Program-made: the position numbers and the translations under genes
Shown here: in pieces, positions 44,346 to 52,781 of the stretch
Layout: every line of letters starts with the position of its first letter
Numbering within the stretch: position 1 is the first letter of the stretch
The notes under the pieces: generated by a model
Databases searched by the model: none
Told to the model about the DNA's origin: nothing
Seen by the model: only the letters and a program-made list of their open reading frames with translations
Assembly (NCBI GenBank): GCA_964354185.1
Contig: CAYGZE010000001.1
Coordinates: 1,939-65,938, forward strand
Source: an uncultured Anaerolineales bacterium
GTDB taxonomy: Bacteria > Planctomycetota > Phycisphaerae > FEN-1346
DNA length: 64,000 bases
Reading direction: 5' to 3'

Positions 44346-45335
44346 ATGAAGGCCCTGAGATGGATCCTGGCGGCGGCGGCCGTCTTGCTGGCGGCCCCGG
44401 CGGCGGCCGCGGACGACGCCTTGCCGCGCCTGCGAGTCCACCTGCCGCGAACCGTCACGGTTGAGGCCGACGCCCTCCGCCTCGGCATGATCTCGGTCAT
44501 CTGTGCCGAGGACGAGGCCCTCGAGCGCCTGGCCACCGACTTGCCCATGGGCCGCTCGCCCTGGGACCGCGAGGAACTCGTCATCGACCGGCCGACCGTC
44601 CTGGGGCGCCTGGCCAGCCAGGGCCTCAAGGGCGACTGCGTGGAACTCACCGGCGCCGACCGCGTTGTGATCACCCGCCGCCACGCCGCCGTCGGGGCCG
44701 AGGACCTCGTCCGCACCGCCAAGGCGTTCCTCGAGGAGCAGAGCCCCGCGCCGAAGGGGTGCGCGTGGCGGCTCCTGCGGGAACCCGAGGCCCTCGCGGT
44801 GCCCGCCGGCGGGAAGGCGGACCTCGTGCCGCGACGCCTGCCCCGCGCCGTCGACGGCGAGGCCTGCATCGAAGTGGCTGCCGCCGTCGAGGGCCGCCAG
44901 ATTGGCACCGTGCAACTCGTCTTCCGCCTCCGCCATTCGCACTACCGCCTGGTCGCGGTCGCCGACGTGCCGGTGGGGAACCCCGTCACGCCCGAGAACA
45001 CCGAGATACAGACGGTCCTGAAGGACCAGCCACAGCCGGCCACCTGGGCGCCGCCCTACGGCCAGGTGGCGCTGCGGCCCATCCGGGCCGGCGAGGCCGT
45101 CGATCCGAACCTGGTGCGGCCGAGCCAGCCCAAACTGCTCGTCCGCCGCAACGACAACGTCGTCATGCGCCTCACGGGCGAGTTGTTCCAGGTGACCGAC
45201 ATCGGCCAGGCGCAAGAGAACGGGTACCAGGGCGAACTGATCCGGGTCCGCAACGTCGGCTCCGGGCGGATCGTCATCGCCCGCGTCATGGCCGACGGGG
45301 CCGTCGAACCTGCCTTTGCTGGAGCCCAACCATGA
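44346..45335 (+). CDS. flgA: flagellar P-ring formation chaperone FlgA
   Basis: 329 aa; signal peptide MKALRWILAAAAVLLAAPAAAA, SAF-like domain and C-terminal FlgA motif (RLTGELFQVTDIGQAQENGYQGELIRVRNVGSGRIVIARV). Confidence 0.78.
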   Translation: MKALRWILAAAAVLLAAPAAAADDALPRLRVHLPRTVTVEADALRLGMISVICAEDEALERLATDLPMGRSPWDREELVIDRPTVLGRLASQGLKGDCVELTGADRVVITRRHAAVGAEDLVRTAKAFLEEQSPAPKGCAWRLLREPEALAVPAGGKADLVPRRLPRAVDGEACIEVAAAVEGRQIGTVQLVFRLRHSHYRLVAVADVPVGNPVTPENTEIQTVLKDQPQPATWAPPYGQVALRPIRAGEAVDPNLVRPSQPKLLVRRNDNVVMRLTGELFQVTDIGQAQENGYQGELIRVRNVGSGRIVIARVMADGAVEPAFAGAQP

Positions 45336-45985
45336 GACACGCCGCCGCTTGGGTCGTCGCCGTCACGCTGGGGCTCGCGGGGACCGCGGACGCCCGGGCC
45401 GGGTCCATCTGGGCCAAGGCCGAGGGCCTCAACGGCGCCCGCGCCGTCCAACTCTACCAGGACGACACCGCGCGCAACGTCGGCGACATCCTCACCATCA
45501 TCATTGACGAACAGAGCACCGTCGAGAACGACACCAAGCGCAAGGGCGAGAAGGACTCGACGCGGAGCATCACGGCGGCCGGCACCGTCCAGACGAACGA
45601 CGTCGGCCAGTGGTGGAGCCACCGCAACACCCAGTTCACCCTCCCCACCATCAACGCGACCTCCAACGCCTCCAGCGACTTCGAGGGCAAGCACGAATAC
45701 GAGTCGGACCGCCGCATCGCCGACCAGATCACCGTGACCGTCCAGGACGTGCTGCCGAACGGCTGCCTGGTCGTGCTGGGCACGCGGCAGCGGACGACCG
45801 ACGGCGACACGCAGACGATCCAGGTCAGCGGGATCGTCCGTCCCAGCGACATCACGTTCGCCAACACGGTCCCGAGCGGCCGCGTCGCCGACTTCCGCAT
45901 GGCGCTCGCGATCAAGGGCCACGAGAGCCGCTGGACCACGCCCGGCTGGCTCGGGCGGATCCTCAACTGGCTTAGTCTGTGGTGA
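45332..45985 (+). CDS. flgH: flagellar L-ring protein FlgH (apparently non-lipidated)
   Basis: 217 aa; ATGA overlap with flgA. FlgH core (VGDILTIIIDEQSTVENDTKRKGEKDS...ITVTVQDVLPNGCLVVLGTRQRTTDGDTQTIQVSGIVRPSDI). The signal peptide MRHAAAWVVAVTLGLAGTADARA has no lipobox Cys. Confidence 0.85.
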   Translation: MRHAAAWVVAVTLGLAGTADARAGSIWAKAEGLNGARAVQLYQDDTARNVGDILTIIIDEQSTVENDTKRKGEKDSTRSITAAGTVQTNDVGQWWSHRNTQFTLPTINATSNASSDFEGKHEYESDRRIADQITVTVQDVLPNGCLVVLGTRQRTTDGDTQTIQVSGIVRPSDITFANTVPSGRVADFRMALAIKGHESRWTTPGWLGRILNWLSLW

Positions 45986-46035
45986 CGGGCCCGCCTGACG
46001 GCGGGCGGGTCGTGGGGTTCCTTGGAGGGCGCAGG

Positions 46036-47127
46036 ATGCTTCGCGGGCTCGTGATCGCAGGCGTGCTTGCGGCGGCCGCGACGGTCGCCCAGGCCGAGCG
46101 GATCAAGGACATCGCCGTTCATCAGGGGGTGCGCAGCAACCCGCTCCAGGGCTACGGCCTGGTGGTGGGTCTGCGAGGGACGGGCGACAACTCGCCGCTG
46201 ACGCAGCGGGCGCTCGCGAGCCTCCTGAGGCGCGACGAGAACCTGGCTATCGACCCCGCGAGCCTGGAGAGCGACAACATCGCCAGCGTCGTCGTCCGTG
46301 CGGAACTGCCGCCGTTCGCCCGCGCGGGCCAGAAGATCGACGTCGAGGTCTCCGCCATCGGCGGGGCGCAAAGCCTCCAGGGCGGCACGCTCCTGATGAC
46401 GCCCCTGCGCGGGGCCGACAAGCAGGTCTACGCCGTCGCCCACGGGGCCCTCATCATCGGAGGCTTCTCCGCCGCCGGCGAGAAGAGCAGCATCTCTCAG
46501 AACCACGTGACCGTCGGCCGCATCCCCCAGGGCGCGAACGTCGAACGCGAGGAGATCGCCGAACTCGTCCAGGCCGGCGCCGTCACCCTCAACCTGCTGA
46601 ACCCCGACTTCACCACCGCCGAGGCCGTCCGGACCGCCATCAACGCCGTCTTCCCCGGGGCTGCCGAGGCCGTCGACGCCGGCACCGTTCGCGTCTCCAT
46701 CCCCATCCAGATGCCGCGCAACGAACTCGTCTCTTTCCTGGACCGCATCGACACGCTCAAGGTCGAGGTGGACTCCCCGGCCGTCGTCGTCATCAATGAG
46801 CGGACCGGCACCGTCATCGTCGGCGAGAACGTTGCGATCTCGACGGTCGGCATCTCGCACGGCAACCTCTCGATCATCACCCAGGAGAAGGAGGCCGTCT
46901 CCCAGCCCCTGCCGTTCTCGCGGACCGGCACCTCCGAGCGCATCCAGCAGACCGACCTCACCGCCATCGAACAGGCCGGCGTCCTGAACGTCGTGCCGCA
47001 CAGAGTCTCCGTCCAGGAACTCGCCCGGGCCCTGAACGCCATGGGCCTGACGCCCCGGGACCTGATCTCGATCTTCGAGGCCCTTCGGCGCGAAGGCGCC
47101 CTCCAGGCCCGGATCGAGGTGATGTAG
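46036..47127 (+). CDS. flgI: flagellar P-ring protein FlgI
   Basis: Start MLRGLVIAG with RBS GGAGGG. Signal peptide, then RIKDIAVHQGVRSNPLQGYGLVVGLRGTGD, LLMTPLRGADKQVYAVAHGALIIGG, and C-terminal RVSVQELARALNAMGLTPRDLISIFEALRREGALQARIEVM. Confidence 0.92.
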   Translation: MLRGLVIAGVLAAAATVAQAERIKDIAVHQGVRSNPLQGYGLVVGLRGTGDNSPLTQRALASLLRRDENLAIDPASLESDNIASVVVRAELPPFARAGQKIDVEVSAIGGAQSLQGGTLLMTPLRGADKQVYAVAHGALIIGGFSAAGEKSSISQNHVTVGRIPQGANVEREEIAELVQAGAVTLNLLNPDFTTAEAVRTAINAVFPGAAEAVDAGTVRVSIPIQMPRNELVSFLDRIDTLKVEVDSPAVVVINERTGTVIVGENVAISTVGISHGNLSIITQEKEAVSQPLPFSRTGTSERIQQTDLTAIEQAGVLNVVPHRVSVQELARALNAMGLTPRDLISIFEALRREGALQARIEVM

Positions 47128-47136
47128 GAGCCGCCC

Positions 47137-47496
47137 ATGAGCGACGTCTCCCTGACTGCCGACGCCGGGGTCGCGAGCCTGCCGCTCGAAAACAGCGCGG
47201 CCGTGCAGCGCCTCCTGCAAGGGGAAGGGCGCGACACGGCCAAGGTTCTCCGGGCCGCACGCGACTTCGAGTCCGTCCTCCTCCATCGCCTCCTGGAGGA
47301 GATGCGCCGGACGATCACGAAGGCCGACCTCCTCGACTCCGGCACCTCGGACCAGATCGAGGGCCTCTTCTGGATGTACCTGGCCCAGCACCTGGCCGAC
47401 CAGGGCGGCATCGGCCTGGGCAAGGCCCTTGCCGAGCAGATGGCACGGACCGCCTCACCCGTTGAGGCGAAGCCCGTCCTGGAGGTGGAGGCATGA
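47137..47496 (+). CDS. flgJ: FlgJ rod-binding (rod-capping) domain protein without a muramidase domain
   Basis: 119 aa; AARDFESVLLHRLLEEMRRT...IEGLFWMYLAQHLADQGGIGLGKALAEQM matches the FlgJ N-terminal Rod_binding domain. The gene ends there, with no glucosaminidase or peptidase domain. Confidence 0.7.
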   Translation: MSDVSLTADAGVASLPLENSAAVQRLLQGEGRDTAKVLRAARDFESVLLHRLLEEMRRTITKADLLDSGTSDQIEGLFWMYLAQHLADQGGIGLGKALAEQMARTASPVEAKPVLEVEA

Positions 47497-48011
47497 CGGC
47501 CGCCCTCTCCGGCCACGAACCGCTCATCGACCAGTGGGTCGCCGCGGTGGACGCCGCCGTCGCGCTCCAGGGGGAGACCGCCGACGACCTGCGGCAGGTC
47601 CCGGCGGCGGTCGCGTCGCGCGACCCTGCGGCGCTGGAGCGCCTTGGCGACCGACTTCGCTGCGCCGACGCGCGGCTGGCGGAGGCGGCGGTCGTGCGCG
47701 ATCGCCTCCGGGCCCGCCTGGCGGCCGCGCTCGGCTGCCCGCCCGCCGACGTGACGCTGCGACGCCTGGCCGCCCGGGCCGACGATGGCCGCGCCGCCGC
47801 GCTTCGCCGCCTGCGCGAGCGCGTGCTGGCCGCCTCCGACGCCCTGCGCGTCCAGCATCTCAGGGCCGCGACGCTTCTGGACGCCTATGCCCGGGCGCAC
47901 CACGCCGTCCTGGTCGGCCTGTTGCGGCAGGGCGGCGACGCACGCACGTACCGGACCGACGGGACGACCCCCTGGTGGACCGAACGAGGCCTTCTGGATG
48001 CGAGGCGGTGA
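47493..48011 (+). CDS. hypothetical helical protein, putative FlgN-like export chaperone for FlgK/FlgL
   Basis: 172 aa, all-helical and Leu/Ala/Arg-rich. ATGA overlap with flgJ, immediately upstream of flgK. Weak FlgN-like pattern (LERLGDRLRCADARLAEAAVVRDRLRARL...LLDAYARAH). Confidence 0.45.
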   Translation: MTAALSGHEPLIDQWVAAVDAAVALQGETADDLRQVPAAVASRDPAALERLGDRLRCADARLAEAAVVRDRLRARLAAALGCPPADVTLRRLAARADDGRAAALRRLRERVLAASDALRVQHLRAATLLDAYARAHHAVLVGLLRQGGDARTYRTDGTTPWWTERGLLDARR

Positions 48012-48014
48012 CGC

Positions 48015-49970
48015 ATGTCGGACCTGACCATCGGGCTCAGCGGTCTGCGGGTCGCCCAGCGGGCGATCGAGATCGTCGGCCAGAACCTCGCCAACGCCGC
48101 CAGCGAGGGCTATCACCGGCAGGAGGCCATCATCTCGCCGCTCCCCGGCACGACGGCGGCTGGCCTCAACGTCGGCAACGGGGCCGAGGTCACGGAGGTC
48201 CGGCGCGTGGTGAACCTGCTCCTGGACCGTGAGATCCAGCGCCAGCGGCCGGAACAGGGCAGCACGGCGCAGGAGTTGACGACCCTCCAGGTCCTCGAGG
48301 CCGTCGTCGGCGACCTCTCGGAGGACGGCCTGTCGGGCGCCATCGACGACTTCTTCGGCGCGCTTCAGGAACTGGCCGCCCAGCCCGACAGCAACGCTCT
48401 GCGCGAACAGGCCGTCTGGGCGGCAGAGAACCTCGCGGCCCGGTTCCGCAGCATCGCTTCCGGCATCGAGAGCCTCACGAAACAGACCGTCGTGGAGGCC
48501 CAGAGCACCGTCGGCGAGATCAACACCCTCCTCGGCCAGATCGCAAGCCTGAACACGCGGATCCGCGAACTCTCTGTTCGCGGCTTCTCGGACGGAAACC
48601 TGATCGACCTCAGGGACAAGGCCGTCTCCCAACTGGCCGACCTCGCCGACGTGACCGTCCAGCAGGGCGCCGACAACACCTGCACCATCCAGATCATGGG
48701 CGTGATGGGCGTCCTTCAAGGCAGCGCCGCCGAGATCGTGGTCGACTACGCCGACGGCCAGGCCCTCGGCGTCTCGGTCAAGGGGGCGGGCACATACGAC
48801 ACCTCGGCTCGTGGCGGCCGCCTGGGAGGCACCCTGGCCCTCAACAACGACCTCCTCCCCACTATCCGCGACGCCGTCGACGCCCTGGCCGGCACCCTCA
48901 TCGACCAGATCAACCGCCTCCACGTCCAGGGCATCGGTGCCGACGGGTCCTTCACCGAACTGTCCGGCCAAAACGTCGGCCCGGGCACGCTCGACGGGTG
49001 GGAGACCCCTGTCTCGGCCGGACAGGTCTTCCTCCGCGTGATCGACACCGCCACCGGCGAGGTGACGCGCCACGCCGTGTCGATCGACCCCGCCACGCAG
49101 ACGATCGACGACGTGGCGGCCCTGTTCAACGCCGTCCCCCACCTGACGGCCTCGGCCCCCGGTGGGGCCCTCCACATCCAGGCCGACGTCGGCTACCGCT
49201 TCGACTTTCTGCCGGCCCTCGCGCCGGCGCCGGCCACCAGTTCCCTCACCGGTTCCGCGCAGCCGACCGTCTCCGGCGTGTACGCGGGGGCCGCGAATGA
49301 GACGTTCACCTGCACGGTGGTCGGCACGGGCAGCGTCGGGGTCACGAGCGGCCTGGCCGTCGAGGTCCGCAACGGGGCAGGGGAGGTCGTCCGGTCCCTG
49401 AACGTCGGACAGGGGTACGCCGCCGCCGACACGATCGAGGTTGCCGACGGCGTCCGCGTTTCGTTCGGCGCGGGGACCCTGAACGACGGCGAACAGTTTA
49501 CGATCGACGCGCTCGCCGACACCGACCCGACGGGCCTCCTGGCGGCCGCCGGGGTCAACACCCTCTTCTCGGGCCGTTCCGCCCTGACGATGCGCGTCGT
49601 GGAGGACGTCCACGAGTCGTCCGGGCGCCTGGCCACGTCCCGCGGCGCCGGCGACGCCGACAACCTGAACGTCCTGCGCATGGCCGACCTGGCCGACCAG
49701 CCCCTCGACGCCGTCGGCGGCGTTACGCCCGGCGACGCCTTCCGGCACGTCGTCTCCACCATCGGCGAGTGGGTGGCCGTGCGGCAGGCGCGGAAGGACG
49801 GTCTGGAGGGCGTCCTCCAGCAACTCCAGAACCAGGTGGACGCCGCGAGCGGCGTGGATGTCAACGAGGAAGCTGCCAGGCTCCTCGTGTTCGAGCGGAT
49901 GTTCCAGGGCATGGCCCGGTACCTGGCCACCCTCGACCGGGCGAGGCAGGCGCTGCTGGAGGTCATCTGA
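48015..49970 (+). CDS. flgK: flagellar hook-associated protein 1 FlgK
   Basis: 651 aa; MSDLTIGLSGLRVAQRAIEIVGQNLANAASEGYHRQEAII... N-terminal rod/hook motif and C-terminal EEAARLLVFERMFQGMARYLATLDRARQALLEV. Confidence 0.88.
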   Translation: MSDLTIGLSGLRVAQRAIEIVGQNLANAASEGYHRQEAIISPLPGTTAAGLNVGNGAEVTEVRRVVNLLLDREIQRQRPEQGSTAQELTTLQVLEAVVGDLSEDGLSGAIDDFFGALQELAAQPDSNALREQAVWAAENLAARFRSIASGIESLTKQTVVEAQSTVGEINTLLGQIASLNTRIRELSVRGFSDGNLIDLRDKAVSQLADLADVTVQQGADNTCTIQIMGVMGVLQGSAAEIVVDYADGQALGVSVKGAGTYDTSARGGRLGGTLALNNDLLPTIRDAVDALAGTLIDQINRLHVQGIGADGSFTELSGQNVGPGTLDGWETPVSAGQVFLRVIDTATGEVTRHAVSIDPATQTIDDVAALFNAVPHLTASAPGGALHIQADVGYRFDFLPALAPAPATSSLTGSAQPTVSGVYAGAANETFTCTVVGTGSVGVTSGLAVEVRNGAGEVVRSLNVGQGYAAADTIEVADGVRVSFGAGTLNDGEQFTIDALADTDPTGLLAAAGVNTLFSGRSALTMRVVEDVHESSGRLATSRGAGDADNLNVLRMADLADQPLDAVGGVTPGDAFRHVVSTIGEWVAVRQARKDGLEGVLQQLQNQVDAASGVDVNEEAARLLVFERMFQGMARYLATLDRARQALLEVI

Positions 49971-50000
49971 GCCGCCGACCCGGCGGACGGAGAACGCGCG

Positions 50001-51428
50001 ATGGCCGGACTGAGTTCCATCTGTAATAACGCCTTGACCGCGATCCGCCAGCACACCCAGGAACTGGCCCGGCTCCAGGAGATGATCACCACCGGCGCAC
50101 GCATCAGCCGCGCCAGCGATGCCCCCGCCGACGCCTACCGCATCCTCGGCCTCCAGAGCGACAGTCACGCCTACGAGACCTACGCCAAGAACCTGGCCAG
50201 CGTGGGTGATTCCCTCAATGTCGCCCTGTCCGCCCTCGAGCAGGTCTCGGAGACGGTGGCCCGCGTCCGCCAACTGACCACCCAGGGGGTGAGCGGCACC
50301 TACTCCGCCGCCAACCGCGCCGCCGTGGCGGGCGAGGTCAACTCCCTTCTCGAGCAGGCCCTGTCCCTGGCCAACACGAGCCACAAGAGCCAGTACCTCT
50401 TTGCCGGGAACAGTGCGGGGACGGCCCCCTTCGTCGCGACGTATGCCGACGGCTCGATCATCCGCGTCGATTACGTCGGCAGCCAGCAGGCGGTCGACGT
50501 GCCCATGGGGCCGGGCGTCCAGTACGCCGGCGTGCTGGTGGGCGACGCGGTCTTCCGCAGCGCGGATCGCGGCGCCCCCCAGTTCCTCGGCGACACGGGC
50601 GCGGCCGCCGGGTCCGGCACGGCCAGCATCCGCGGCGACGCCTGGCTGACCCTCACGCACGAGGCGACCGCCTACCTGGGTGCGAGCGGCGTCGCCCCTG
50701 GCGCCAGTTCTGCCCTCGGCGACACCGTCCTCGGCGGCGGACACACCCTCACCCTCGACGTTCCGGCCGGCTTGGTGCGCCTCGACGGCGGGTCCGACGT
50801 CGCCTTCACCGGCGCCGAGACCGACCTGCGGGTCGCCAACGAGAACGGCGACGCCGTCTACCTCGACCTGACGGCCCTGGACCCTGCGTTCGTGGGCGCC
50901 GTGTCCCTCCAGGCCTCGGGCTGGCTGTCGCTCGACGACGGCGCGACCCGCGTCGCCATCGACCCGGCCGAAGCGAACCTCGCCGTCGCCGACTCGCGCA
51001 CCGGCCGCCTTCTCTACGTCGACTGCACCGCCATGGCGCGGACGGGCGTCGAGCCCGTGCGGGTGTCCGGCACGTACGACCTGTTCAACACGCTCGTGAC
51101 GGTTCGCGACCTCCTGCTGAACGAGCGCGGCCTGTCCGAGACCGCGCAGACCCGCCTCCTTACCGAGTCCATCGGGGCGCTGACGGAGGTCACCAACCAA
51201 CTTTCCGGGGCCGAGACGACCGTCGGCGGCCAGATCGGCGCGATGGACACCCTGAAGACCACCCTGGAGGACCTCCAGGCGTTCAGCAATGATGAGGCCG
51301 GGCGCCTCGGGAGCGCCGACATTGTCCAAGTCTCCACCCGGCTGGCCTATCTGCAGACGCTCTACGAGACGACCCTGGCGGCGACGGCGCGACTGCTTCA
51401 GACCTCGCTTCTCGACTACCTCGACTAA
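50001..51428 (+). CDS. flgL: flagellar hook-associated protein 3 FlgL
   Basis: 475 aa; flagellin-N-like start (TGARISRASDAPADAYRILGLQSD) and C-terminal flagellin-like helix (TRLAYLQTLYETTLAATARLLQTSLLDYL). It follows flgK. Confidence 0.78.
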   Translation: MAGLSSICNNALTAIRQHTQELARLQEMITTGARISRASDAPADAYRILGLQSDSHAYETYAKNLASVGDSLNVALSALEQVSETVARVRQLTTQGVSGTYSAANRAAVAGEVNSLLEQALSLANTSHKSQYLFAGNSAGTAPFVATYADGSIIRVDYVGSQQAVDVPMGPGVQYAGVLVGDAVFRSADRGAPQFLGDTGAAAGSGTASIRGDAWLTLTHEATAYLGASGVAPGASSALGDTVLGGGHTLTLDVPAGLVRLDGGSDVAFTGAETDLRVANENGDAVYLDLTALDPAFVGAVSLQASGWLSLDDGATRVAIDPAEANLAVADSRTGRLLYVDCTAMARTGVEPVRVSGTYDLFNTLVTVRDLLLNERGLSETAQTRLLTESIGALTEVTNQLSGAETTVGGQIGAMDTLKTTLEDLQAFSNDEAGRLGSADIVQVSTRLAYLQTLYETTLAATARLLQTSLLDYLD

Positions 51429-51687
51429 CCTGTGAGGGCCGTTCGCCCGGTGGGCCGACCCGGCGAGTCCTCGCGCCGCCGGAAAGCATTTGACCGGTCC
51501 GCGCCCAATACTCGGGCGCGCCCGCCCCGCGGGACGCCCCGCGCGGGCAGCCGGCGCGTCGTGGGCCGTGGCATGCGGTTTGCGGGCCCTTGCGGGGGGC
51601 CGCTCCACGCCGGCGCGACCACCCGCACCCGGCCGCGCCGGCCGCGCCGGTCCCCGAGGGACCGATGCCTTGGGAGGATGGGCGAAC

Positions 51688-52329
51688 GTGCAACTTAGTG
51701 GGAAGGGCCTGGTCGTCGAGCAGGACCTCGAGCAGCACCATGACGTCCTGAAGGAACTGGGCGACTGCCACGCAGCCCTCGGCAACCTCGACCGCGCGTG
51801 CCAGTGTTACCAGGAGGCCGCCCTCCTGGCCCCCCACAGGCCCGGGCCCTTCGTCGGCCTGGGCGTCGTCTGGCTCCAGCGGGGGCGACTCGACGAGGCC
51901 GTCCGGGCCTTCCGCGACGCCATCGCCATCGAACCGCGCTGTGCCGAGGCCTACGGCGGGCTGGCCCTGGTGCATCAGCAGCGCGGCCAGTATGCCGCCG
52001 CCTTCGACATGTACCTGGCCTGTCTCGAGAAGGACCCCGACAACCTCATCGCGCTGCTGGGCCTGTTCCAGACCGCCGTCCAGATGGGCTCGTTCGCCAA
52101 GGTGATCCACTACCTGCGCATCTACCTCGACCGGCACCCGGACGACACGTCCGTCCTGTTCTGCCTGGCGACGCTCCACGCCCGCGACGGCCGCCTCGAC
52201 GAGGCCGCGCGGACGCTGGAGCGCGTCGTGGTCATCGAGCCCGAGAACGCCGAGGCCGCCAGGCTCTTGCGCGACATCCGCCAGAGGCAGGCCCGCGCGC
52301 CCGCCGGTCCCACCGGACCGCGACCATGA
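51688..52329 (+). CDS. TPR-repeat protein (flagellar-locus associated)
   Basis: Probable GTG start with RBS GGGAGG 10 nt upstream. Three or four TPR motifs (ACQCYQEAALLAPHRPGPFVGLGVVWLQRGRLDEAVRAFRDAIAIEPRCAEAYGGLALVHQQRGQYAAAFDMYLACLEKDPDN...). The longer track ORF (51490) begins with low-complexity Arg/Pro/Ala sequence. Confidence 0.55.
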   Translation: MQLSGKGLVVEQDLEQHHDVLKELGDCHAALGNLDRACQCYQEAALLAPHRPGPFVGLGVVWLQRGRLDEAVRAFRDAIAIEPRCAEAYGGLALVHQQRGQYAAAFDMYLACLEKDPDNLIALLGLFQTAVQMGSFAKVIHYLRIYLDRHPDDTSVLFCLATLHARDGRLDEAARTLERVVVIEPENAEAARLLRDIRQRQARAPAGPTGPRP

Positions 52330-52664
52330 CGACCCCCACACCGCGCGCCGGCGCCGCCGGCCCGGGCGACGCCGCGGAACGCCTCTTCGGCGAGGTTCTG
52401 GACGCCCTGGCCGCCCAACTCGAGCGGGCGCGCCAGGGCGACGTCGAGGCCGTCGCCGACCTTACCCGCCGCACGAGCGACGCCCTGGTCCGCGCCCGCC
52501 GCGAGGGCCTCCGGCCCAGCCCCGAGTGTCGCCGGCGCATGCTCGACCTCCACGAACGGATCGCGCTCGTGCTCGCCCAGCAGAAGGACGAGGTGGCCCG
52601 CGCGCGGGCCCGCCTGGCGCGCGGCACGCGATCGCTCCGGGCCTACCGCGACGCTTCCGGCTGA
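52326..52664 (+). CDS. small helical hypothetical protein (possible FliT/FlgN-like chaperone)
   Basis: 112 aa; ATGA overlap with the preceding TPR gene. Coiled-coil-like sequence (LERARQGDVEAVADLTRRTSDALVRARREG...RRMLDLHERIALVLAQQKDEVARARARLA). Confidence 0.4.
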   Translation: MTTPTPRAGAAGPGDAAERLFGEVLDALAAQLERARQGDVEAVADLTRRTSDALVRARREGLRPSPECRRRMLDLHERIALVLAQQKDEVARARARLARGTRSLRAYRDASG

Positions 52665-52781
52665 CGTGTCGCCGGCCGCTGCCCCCCGCGTCTGCCTGCC
52701 GCGCGTTGACTTCGGCCGCGCCCGCCACTATCGTGGGCGGCGTCATCGACGCCGGTTGCGCTGCCGGTAAGGAGCCCGACG

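Noticed and set aside
46497-51785. 1762-aa ORF on the minus strand, antisense to flgI-flgJ-flgK-flgL
   Set aside because: Open only because GC-rich antisense frames lack stop codons. The sequence is Gly/Arg/Ala/Val low complexity. The sense strand encodes four unmistakable flagellar proteins.
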